Source of the DNA: Antedon mediterranea
Taxonomy: Eukaryota > Animalia > Echinodermata
Length of the DNA: 64,000 nt
Assembly: GCF_964355755.1 (NCBI RefSeq)
Contig: NC_092678.1
Coordinates: forward strand, 3,550,422 to 3,614,421
Direction of reading: 5' to 3'
The notes below the pieces were generated by a model. It worked only from the letters and a program-made list of their open reading frames with translations. It did not search any database and was not told the origin of the DNA. A program made the translations under genes and the position numbers. Within the stretch, counting starts at the first letter, position 1. Each line of letters starts with the position of its first letter. This document shows positions 1 through 10,236 of the stretch, one piece after another.

Positions 1-1162
1 CTAAAAAAATACAATTACATTTTACATTCAATATATTGAAGCCTACACTCCTTGTCTAACTGTTCAGTTATTTATGACTTTTAATTTCAAAACCCTTAAA
101 CCGAAATATACATCAATTCATATTTCAGACAAAATACTTGACAAACTTGAAAATAGTATGATAACAGGAAGGCACAATTAAATAAAATTGTTAATAATGA
201 TGAGTTAACAAAGGATAAATAAGATTTGGCAGGCACCAATGTCTTTGTACAATTTGACAATGACTTGGTCATTTTTAAGTCAATTGAATGTCTTTCGTCT
301 TCGTCTGACGAATTAAACAATAATATCATTGTTAAATTCAGATCTGTCGTTTTAAAACTTTGCCAAAACATGTTGATTTGTGCCAGAAAAGCGGTTATCA
401 AAAAAATAACCCAATACGTGGTTTTCCGTTAGATAAACCGATGTTTATCTTAAACGTTTTATAGACTAATTCGTTTTTATTATATGATATGTTCAGCTAA
501 AGATACATTTTTATCCTCAGACTTATCGATTCACAGAAGTCTGTTATCAGTAATCCTCTATGGGATTAACCCTTAAATTTGGATTAATTGCCTATCTATG
601 GTTGTTGTCTGAAACTATGAAATATAATAAATAACCATTTCTTCCAAATAGTTATAGTTATATATATAATTATATATTCTTAAATTTAATTTGACCCGTA
701 TTCGAATTGTCTATACTTGCAAATTGCAATAGGGATATTACGAACTCGTGTAATCACGTTAACATCATAATACCTGGCCTTTAATTAATTAATTAATTAA
801 TTAAAGTAAATTGTGTGTCGATAACAAGTAAGTACCAGTAGCCGTTGGATTAAAAAATAAAATAAAAAGGAAAGACAAGCGAAAGAAACAGAAACTAAAT
901 ATTTGTTACTATTCTACCTGTGTTATATGTTGACCAAAGGTCATTTAAAAAAAGACTTTCTCTTGTATGCAATAAATGCATTAAAGAATTAAACTTTCAT
1001 TATTAATTATACAATAAAGTATACAAAAATAAATCTAAATAAGTTAATGTGAAATGGGCCAGAGAACCTGTTTTATTGAAATAAAAGAAAGAATCGATTA
1101 AACTTTTTAAATAAGTTTTATAAATTCTAGCAGGTAGAACTAAGATTTAATCGTTTAGTTTT

Positions 1163-1239
1163 TAGTCACTCTGTCGGTTGGTCGGTTAACACTAACTTAA
1201 ATTTGCGCACGCGACTTCAGCCATGTATATGGCCTTGTT
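1163..1239 (+). mobile_element. Truncated copy of a HINE/Helentron-like short interspersed element
   Basis: Shares the GTCGGTTGGTCGG tract, GCACGCGAC and the terminal GCCATGTATATGGC hairpin with the copies at 17112 and 19707. Confidence 0.6.
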
Positions 1240-3520
1240 AAAAATCTACCAGCCTTTACATTGATAACTTTTTGTACCAAGTAATAGAACAACTGAGGTA
1301 TTTTAATTATCGATTAATTATTTACAAAGTTAGACTAAATCTAAAATATGTGAAGATAAAAGTAATAATATTTTAAGTATATAGATTTACATTTTACTAC
1401 TAAAAGTTTTCGCAAAGTTTAGGCAAATTAAAACATAAATATTATGCCTACTTTAAGTTATAAAAATATTAAATGTTAAAGTTTAAGATAAGCACGATTA
1501 AAAGCCATCCACTCCATGGTAATTAGCAATGGTTAATATCTGGAAGGCGATTGACACGGGCTTTCTTAATTACTGTATTCCAAGCTCCATCGAGTTAAGA
1601 ATCAACGTATGTAAAATTAAAAAATTAATAACATTCTGAGCTAAGACTTTGAAGCTATAAATAAAGGTTTATTTCAATTAATAATTATAATATAAAATTA
1701 ATAAGATAAAGTATTAAGATATAAAGTACTAAATATTTGCGTGTAAGCCTAATATTAATAATTAAATTTAATATTTGTTTCTCACCTTACTTCTTTATAC
1801 TGTTAGTTCACCGAGTTGCACCGATGTAATCCTGATGAGGAGTTTCAAGTTAGTACCCAATTTTAAGTTATCAGCACGCCTTTTAAAGTGAATTATTGTC
1901 GAGTGTAAGTCCGGCTTTGGGATTAACACATTACGTTGATTGCGGCTAGAAATAAGAAGATTTTCAGACTCCCCATAGGCCTACAGAACGCGTCATTCCC
2001 CATAGAGTTACAAGAGAAAGACAGGCCTAATCATTCATCATTAACACGTTTCCTTTGTCAGCTTGAAAAGCAATAGTTCTACAATATTCTAAATATGGAA
2101 TACGCCTTTAAGCATGTTTTGATAGTTCTTGGAGAGACATTTTACCACATACTAAATGTCCTGATCTGATTGGTTACAAGTAGGTTGGTGATGATTGGCT
2201 GAACACTCGATGTCGTCACTACGACTTTTTCTACGAATGCGATTGGTAAACGGAAAGCTGGCTTAAATAAGTTAGAGCAGTTATATTTTGATTTCGATAA
2301 TTACCAAATCGTTGTCTCTGATTTTGTTTAAAAATAGTAGCTTTTTTGTTTGCTTTGAAGATCACGTTCGACGTAGTTAAAAACAGTAACGTCTAAATTA
2401 CTGGAATAATGCAGTTGACCATGAGACAACAATGGTAGACATTTTCAGACTGACGTAATCGTCTGATACAGTGGCGGGTTCAAATATATCAAATATTTAT
2501 TAATAGAACAGTAAAGCTAACTGTGAAGTCATGTCTTTGTAGCTGACCCTTTTTCTTAGACTGTTTACTTTTACCTTTTGATTAAGTTTTTGCTTATTTA
2601 TTTGTTACTAACATGATACAATTTAACTAAGATTTTTGAATTTTACAACCAAACTATCCGCTAAATGATATCATTATTGTTTTCCCTTTTCAATCTGCCC
2701 AGGTCCTTCTCGAACGGGGTACTTACTTAATTATGGAGACCCAACTGGGAAAACTAAAACATATGAAACAAATAATTACCCAACGTAAATGTCGAACTCC
2801 CGACCTTAGGGCTGGTGCGTCTGGACCGCTACCGCTGCCGAAACGCAAGACAGGTATGGAACGTCAAAAAAAGAAATTTATAATGAGTTTATCCTGAAAA
2901 ATAATTGTTGTGTCAGATTTATTGTAATTGATATCAGAAGTAGACTTGTTTTGGTTCCAGTTTTAATGCAGTTTAACGTTTGAGATATAGTGGTAAAAGT
3001 ATGATTATGATGCATTGTGGTATATATATATATATATAAATTGTGTTTAAGAGCAATTTTCTGTGTCCTATCGTTACTATTATTGTTTTGGTTACTATAC
3101 ATTTTAATTTTTTTATTTGTATTTGTCTAAATCTAATCATCAGTTTTATTTTGTTATGGAATAATTGGTAAAACAATTAGTAGATTTCCTTAAACGTCAG
3201 AAAAAAATTTCCCCTTGGATTGGACATTGACGTCAATTACTAGAAACTATTGCTTTTTATAGAAGAATGTTCTAATCCAAAAGTAATAGAAGTAACAAAT
3301 TGATCCTAGCCCTCACGTTTAATAAGACATCGTCTACTGGCCTTGGGTGAGTCCGTGTCAATATACTCCGCCCAGTCTAGTTAATCTCAGAATTCTCATA
3401 GGCCTACAGTACTATTATTAACATCAACAATATCGCAACCAAAGGAAATGTTACGGGAATGCGTAAAACCATTATCAATATGTGTACGTCGATTTAAAAG
3501 GTGTGTGGGTGGGGCGGGCG

Positions 3521-3847
3521 GCGATTTTTTTTTTCGTACATAAGTTGTGGACCCCATGTGAAAGATAGCCGAACTACATCCTAAATATAACTAAACCTAA
3601 CCCTCTAAATAATCTCTCTCACTACTACTATAAAGTAAAAGAAGTAGCTCATGGGAGTCGAACCCCATGCATCGACATGTAAAGTCCATAGTCTTATCCA
3701 CTCGACTACACAGACGGCTCGATAGAAATCGTTTGCATTAGCGAATTGTAGTTAGCTGAATTCTTACGTCACACCTTATGAATATTCATGTTTATTTTGT
3801 GACGTTTCACGAGGGGTCCCCAACTTATTTACGAAAAGAAATATCGC
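3521..3847. mobile_element. Non-autonomous TIR element, Mutator-like (9-bp TSD), carrying a tRNA-derived segment
   Basis: Imperfect TIRs of about 35 bp (GCGATTTTTTTTTTCGTACATAAGTTGTGGACCCC / GGGGTCCCCAACTTATTTACGAAAAGAAATATCGC). Flanks are GGGCGGGCG (3512-3520) and GGCCGGGCG (3848-3856). Confidence 0.65.
3647..3718 (-). pseudogene. Degenerate tRNA-like sequence (Pol III A and B boxes) inside the TIR element
   Basis: Minus strand has an A-box-like TAGTCGAGTGG and a B-box GGTTCGACTCC at tRNA spacing. The anticodon stem does not pair. Confidence 0.55.
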
Positions 3848-4728
3848 GGCCGGGCGCTATGATAGATAGCAAATCATACTAAAACAAGTAAGTAGTTCTA
3901 GTCGTATTTTTTCATCCCTAATTTCACAGTCATAGTCACGTACGCTACTGTCTGTCGGTCACAATATTTTTTTTTAGTTCAGAATTTTAAAATAATAAAA
4001 TAATCATTGTGGATGTGCGCGTTTCCTGTCTGACAACTTTACAGATTTGTCGATGTCGAGCCACTGGATATAGGTCCATATTTGTTTTCATTATTTGCTT
4101 CTAGTATGTCACGTTTCCATGTAGGGTTGTACTGGAAGGCGTGGAAACAAAATCAAAATTATTAATATGTGGTGTCACACATTTGCATTATAATACCATA
4201 AGCATTGTTTTGTTTATGGGCGAATGTCATCAACACCAGTCCGAAAACGTTGACCTTATGTCAAATGTTATCAGCAACAAATGGACATCTATCTTCTCCA
4301 CATCAACCAAACAGTTAAATAAAAAAGAAAGATAACATCTTCATCTTGGGTTTAATTTTTAATCGAAAATTGCATAGTATTATATATATATCTTTAAATG
4401 TATCCTTTCGTAATTTTATTATTTTCACATTTAAAGATAAAGAGTTAAAGGTAACATTACCACTATATATCATTTAGTCATCACAGAAATACAAGATAGG
4501 CCTAATACATTGGTCGTTATCTTCTGATAGTTATCTTCAGTCAATATAGGATCGGAAGCTTATTACGTTTTTTTTACCATCCAACTGTTCAGCTGAATAG
4601 TGCTTCAGCTTTACAATTGGTAGACTTTGGTTGTTGTCAGAAGACATGATATTGCAGGATGTTTTTGTCACTTGACCTAATACAGTACGAGAATGGGCTG
4701 CATTTTCAATCTCATTGAAGATTTTTGT

Positions 4729-6259
4729 TTAGGGAAAATTAGGTTGTTGAATGGCCGTTGTTGCTGTAAACAGAAAGAAAACAATAAACTAATTAATTAT
4801 TAATATTATTATGAATTAGGTTAAATTGAAAGAATTAGCCTATATCAATCAGTTACAAAGGATAAGTAAATTACTATGAATTTAGAAAAATAATTTAATT
4901 CCAAAACTTACTTGTACAAAATCCATTTGCAACAAATTGTAAGTTGAGTTTGGATGGTAAAGTAGCATACCGTTGCAGGACACAAAAAGAAGGATAATTC
5001 AGGCCATCACTTCCACAAACAGGGCTAAGTTCTAATGGACAATCTGCTCCACAATCAACAGGTGGTACTCCAGCCGCCTCTGGTGTTTCTCCATCTGGAT
5101 TAACATTTTCTACAAAATGACAAAGAATATTAGTAACCTACTTGGTGATTGCTGAATTATGTATTTTTAACAATGTTGAAACACTTACCTGGAAATACTC
5201 CTTCTACTGGTTCTGGCTCTTCTGGTTCTTCTGGCTCCTCTTCCTCTCCAGCCTGTTGTCCATTTGGACTTGGTTCTTCAGGTTCCTCCTCTTCCTCCTC
5301 CTCCTCCTCCTCCTCTTCTTCTTCAGCAGCTTGTGGTTCTTCTGGTTCCTCTTCTTCACCTTGCTGTTCATTTGGATTTACGGCTTCTGGTTCTTCTGGT
5401 GCTTCTGGCAAATCCAGCTCACTTCCTCCTGCTGCTAGCTGTGCATTTGGCTCTTGTGCATCTATTTCTTCTTCTGGGGCCTCGGGTTCTGGGTTTTCTA
5501 TGTTTCCCTCTTGTGCTTCGGGTTCCTCTACGTCTTCTTCGTCTTCTTCCTCATCCTCTTCATCTTCTTCTTCGTCAGGATCTTGTGCGTTCTGTTGAGC
5601 AGGAGAGTTCAGTTGAGCATTATTGTTGCATTTGCCTTCGTTTCTTACTTCAATTGCAGTTCCACGAAGACAGTTTCTTTTAATGATGATACATTCTGAT
5701 CCATACGGTCTTCCATCAGTACCACAGACTCGGTCACTCCTTCTGGGCTTCGGACATTTTCCACAATCTACAGTAAGACAATATTTCGTAGTTAGGGTAA
5801 TACACAAAATCAATCTCTACATACAACTAACTATCAAAATACTAGTTTTCACAATTGAAATTTACAGCAACGTACTGTAACAATAATTATATTGTAATAC
5901 TAAAAAGTATGTATCACAATAGTTACTCTTTATTATGTCAGACCGAGTAAGTAATCCTACTTATTCCTGATTAAAGTTGTATTCAAAGCATTTCATCATA
6001 ACACATTTCTGGTGGAGAGGTGCGCATTACAAACATTTGTTTTTATTGTTTAAAAGTAGTACGATTCATGAATGCACATCTTGTCTATGTATGTTGGTCC
6101 TGTCATGTAGCACAAACATCACGCATGATGGGAGGCAATGCTAAATTATATTTATATAATGCTTACATTTTTTATTAGATAATTATACTTACTGTGTCTT
6201 GCAGCATCAACTGCTACAAGCACGACAAGAAGTCCTAGTGCTACAATGTAACCTCTCAT
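4729..6259 (-). CDS. Secreted protein: signal peptide, Kazal domain, long Glu/Pro-rich acidic linker, second Kazal domain (about 292 aa)
   Basis: Exons 6259-6193 (MRGYIVALGLLVVLVAVDAARH), 5767-5189 (CGKCPKPRRSDRVCGTDGRPYGSECIIIKRNC...EGKC then poly-E), 5109-4912 (CGADCPLELSPVCGSDGLNYPSFC...NGFC) and 4763-4729 (TAA). All introns are GT-AG, phase 1, with a continuous frame. Confidence 0.9.
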
Positions 6260-6772
6260 ATTGTCTGTAAAATATAGATTTTGTTTCTTAATAAGAGTTT
6301 TGGCATTGAAACTCAACTCCAGCGTATTGTCTTATTTTCCCTCATTAAAAAATATTATTTATTTAATAACTTCCTTTTCCCATCTACGGTTCTATTAATT
6401 ATCCTTAAGCATCGTTTATGGCGAAATAATGTTTAACACAAAAATGTTTATAAAATCATTAACTACAAAAGAAGATATTAAAGAGCACACTAATAAAGAG
6501 ATTATTTCTGTGTTAAGTTTCAAGATAAGATTAACTAAGACCAACTGAAGCTTGTTTTACATCTAATACATTATTTTTTTCCTTAATTCCTCATTTAATG
6601 AACATATTAATTTCCATTTATAAAAGAACAATTACTGAAAAATATAATTAAGAGGACGATCATTTGTCCTAAGTTAGAGTATAGTAGGGCAAACATCTAA
6701 CCAATAAGAAGACGATAATTTACAAATATACTAAACTAAAATACAAAGGATGGAAAAGAATATAGTACTTAC

Positions 6773-6833
6773 CAACTTTGATGAAGTGAGTTTAAAAATA
6801 AGTGAGTTGGTTAACGGAAATGGTTTCCTTATA
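6773..6833 (-). promoter_or_regulatory. Probable TATA box, Inr and short non-coding first exon of the 2xKazal gene
   Basis: Minus-strand TATAA at 6833-6829, Inr-like TCACT at 6805-6801, donor GTAAGT after 6773, and an acceptor 5 nt upstream of the ATG at 6259. Confidence 0.55.
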
Positions 6834-8454
6834 TTTCAGCTCACCGTCCTTCGAAAAGTATAGAGATGAATAATACTGCCCTGGATGGCGTACAATAATC
6901 ATCATTATTACACAAAAAATACGACGTCACTCAATACCTCCTCCACAAACAATTATTACTTGACCTTGTTAGAATGAATTTATTTTTAGTAAAAGCGGTA
7001 TCTTTTTATGGTCAAGGTGCTTTTCTTTATTTTAGGTTAAAAAATTCGAAATGACCATATACCTTTCGAAAACACTACATTGATATACGCGTACATTTAT
7101 TATCGTTATTTATTCATTCAGTATCGTCAAAAGCGCTCGTAATGGCACTTAATGAAAATTCAAACGATCGTTTGCAATCATAAACACTGTAACTTATTTA
7201 AAATATAAATGAATTTTTTGACAATATGACATTTATTAAACAATGGTTCAAACATAATTTTCCTGAAGCGGTAATTGAAAATCTTCAGTTGATTCATACC
7301 AAAACTATTATTAAACAGTCATAGGCCTATATAATCTAATAACTCCTACGCAAGTAAAACTTCACATAAATCGATTGTAGAGAACATACCAAAAATATGA
7401 TGCGTAAAAAAAAAATATTATTATGTTATACAAATGAAATATCTGACTTTTGCTCCAATTAGGTGTTTCCTTCACTAGTTCATATGACACAACGTTTACA
7501 CGCGCGTTCTAAAGTAAATAGAACGCGCGCGTTTGACGTTTGAACGCGCGCGTACTAAAGTTGATATAGCATTATTAACAAGTTGTACAGTATGTGAACA
7601 CATTCCATATTCAATGCGTTTAACGGGTTAAAACGTGACGAAAAGTGTGGAGTTGTTTCATCAATGCAACGCCTACGAGTAAGGTTGAGGAAGTTATACT
7701 GGGGATAGAGTTTCTTTTGTCACACACCTTGAACAAAGTGACATTCAGGTCAAGATCTAAACATTACTCATTCTTTTCAATCGAAACTTAAATCATTAGA
7801 AACTATGAACAATGTACTAAAATGCAGAACATACGGGCACTAGTCTAAGGGACCGATTATAATAATGTTCTAGAAGTCACATAGTGAAGTAAAGTATTGT
7901 CAGATGAACTCAATTTGTAGCTCGTGATTCCTAATAAACTAAGTCCATTGTTTTATTGTCTTTGTTTATTTGAGTTTAGGTTGTGTAGATGATAGTTAAA
8001 ACACCTAATATCCCTCCAATTAACCAACAATGTGTTAATAATACTTAGGTTCTATATTCCCTTTTTAAAGTAAAATGGTGCGCCTGATATTTCTCTGCAT
8101 GTTGATCCATTTTGTAAGTGCATTTATTTCATTCGGGTGTAGTGTGTGTAAATACAACAGAAAGTAAATGGTCAATAATTCTGGCACCATATATCTTTCA
8201 CCTGTTGTCTCATGCTTGAGCCAACTTTATGAAGATGAGAAACCAAATTGTCATTGTCACCTGTGAATGTCGCATTGTTTCATGATTTGATTAAAAGGAC
8301 CACAATCCCATGTGAAAAATTGTTTCAGACTTTCTTAGTTTAGTACTTTCCTTATACAGAGAGCATGTTCTTCAGTGTAGCGTAGTGGCAAATTACTATA
8401 TGCAACTACCTTATTGTGTTACATTGTTACTCATGAACAAAAGCAATTATGGTA

Positions 8455-8501
8455 GGCAAAGCATGGAGTAATAATTAGTTATTATTACTCCATGGGCAAA
8501 G
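8455..8501. mobile_element. 33-bp CATG...CATG palindrome flanked by a 7-bp direct repeat (P-element-like footprint or mini-element)
   Basis: GGCAAAG-CATGGAGTAATAATTAGTTATTATTACTCCATG-GGCAAAG. Confidence 0.6.
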
Positions 8502-8608
8502 TAATGATATACCAAAAATATATATTTTGGCTACTCGACTCAGGCTTCAGGTCGATTAGCAGTATTTAAATGAAAATATCCACTGCTTTACCTGCATGAT
8601 ATAAAATG

Positions 8609-9080
8609 ACTTAATAATTTTTACTGATATAAATATTGTTTCAAATTTGATATTCATTTTTACTTGCATTACACGACACAAAAAATATACAGTAATTTAA
8701 TTAATTTTACATTTATTAAAATTAATATATATTAATAAAATCACACATCATGTTGTCCTTAAATTTTGGTTTAAATCTTTCCAAGTTTTTGGTTACCCTT
8801 CGTATATTTAATTTGTGTATAGATAAACAATTGACCACTTAATCATTGTTACTGTATAAATATTGTTTTACATTTGATATTCATTTTCACTTGCATTACA
8901 CGACATAAAAAGATACAGTGTTTTAATTCATGTTACATTTATTAAAATGAATATATAGGCCTACGGTAATTATTAATATCTGACAACATTTTGTTTTGTT
9001 TTAAATCTTAAAAATAAAATAAAAATGTTTGGTTACATACGTTTCGTATATTTCATTTGTATATAAATAGACAATAGGCC
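8609..9080. repeat. Diverged tandem duplication, unit about 230 bp
   Basis: TATAAATATTGTTT...TTTGATATTCATTTT.ACTTGCATTACACGACA occurs at about 8628 and about 8855. Confidence 0.75.
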
Positions 9081-9096
9081 ATTATGGCTGTGGTTA

Positions 9097-9275
9097 AGCT
9101 TGGTTCCCACTAGAACGTAACGCAAGGACATAAACGCAGCGCAAGCGTTTTAACCAATGACAAGCGAAGTTATAGACAGTTAGCAATCACAAGCGAATAA
9201 GCCATCACTTGTGATTGGTCAATTCACTTGCGTTGTGTTACGTCCTTGTGTTGCGTCGCTAGTGGGAACCACGCT
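9097..9275. mobile_element. MITE, PIF/Harbinger-like, copy 1
   Basis: TIR AGCTTGGTTCCCACTAG / CTAGTGGGAACCACGCT with TTA on both sides. A near-identical copy lies at 38259-38437. Confidence 0.85.
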
Positions 9276-10236
9276 TTATACTACATGTATTACTAATACG
9301 AATGGATACAAACACTAACGTTGCCTTGTAGTAACAATAGTCATTTCAGGTACCGGCAAATAGTAAGTTATATCTAATAAATTAATACCCCGGCCACTTG
9401 TTTGTGATTCAGCACTACATTTTTTTTCTAATAAAATCATTAGATAAGCTTTGAATATATTTATCAAGGTCACATTATAGTCTTAACCTAGTTTTACAGC
9501 AACAATGCAAATTCATATTAATGTCAACAGACAAATACATTAACATCTAAATATTAAATAATTATATTATTTTTTTAAAGTTCAATGACTTTAGTCATTA
9601 CAATATTACATCATTATAATAGTACTGTAATACTTGATACGCTGTCACAATGTTCTAAATTTGTTCTCTATTTTCAGTGCTTCCTTAATATTCTTTTGGT
9701 ATGGAACGCTACTAGATCGATAGTACTCAACTACTAACTCGTCATGTTAAAGCTTTAATCAGAGTAAGTACACTATAACAATATATTTTACAACTTTTCT
9801 TCATCTGTAGAGGTCGCTAACTACATTTGTAAATGTTTTTTGTTTTGTATCCATATTACGCCTCTTTCTTGTTTCCAATGACGTCATTATTACGTGTACA
9901 GTATATCGGAAGTTTCAAAACTTTAGAGGTCGCTAACTTAACTTTAGAGAACTTGATGTTTGGATATTTCATATCCATCGTCGCACACAACAACAACGCT
10001 ACTTCTGTAGAATTCTTATATATCAAGATAACAACGTTGGAAACGTCCTTTTTTACAAAGTTTTCGTATTAAATATGTCTTTATTTTGGTTCCTTCAACA
10101 AAATAACTTAAAAATGATCAACCGACCAAATTTCAATGTTTTCAAAGTGTTATACTGCGGTATGTTTTATTTAGTTCATATAGGCCTCAGCAACAAAATA
10201 ACTTAATTTACCAAAATGTTTTTAAGTTGCCAGTTT

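Noticed and set aside
96-432. Overlapping short ORFs at the window start
   Set aside because: They depend on non-ATG starts, and show no recognisable motifs or convincing splice structure.
2160-2250. Three ATTGG (CCAAT) boxes and a minus-strand donor near 1786 suggesting a promoter for a gene to the left
   Set aside because: No coding exon could be linked to it within the window.
2700-2850. Possible tRNA-SINE fragment
   Set aside because: It is too degenerate, with no second copy in the window.
3647-3718. Functional tRNA gene with a TTA (suppressor) anticodon
   Set aside because: The anticodon and acceptor stems do not pair, and the sequence sits inside a TIR element.
5142-5699. Plus-strand Ser-, Leu- and Phe-rich ORFs
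   Set aside because: They are antisense shadows of the GAA/GAG-rich acidic exon.
4729-6259. SPARC or follistatin as the identity of the acidic Kazal gene
   Set aside because: There is no EF-hand EC domain and no EGF-like FOLN module, and the domain order differs.
7499-7560. ACGCGCG-rich inverted and direct repeats
   Set aside because: Probably a transposon fragment; boundaries and TSD could not be defined.
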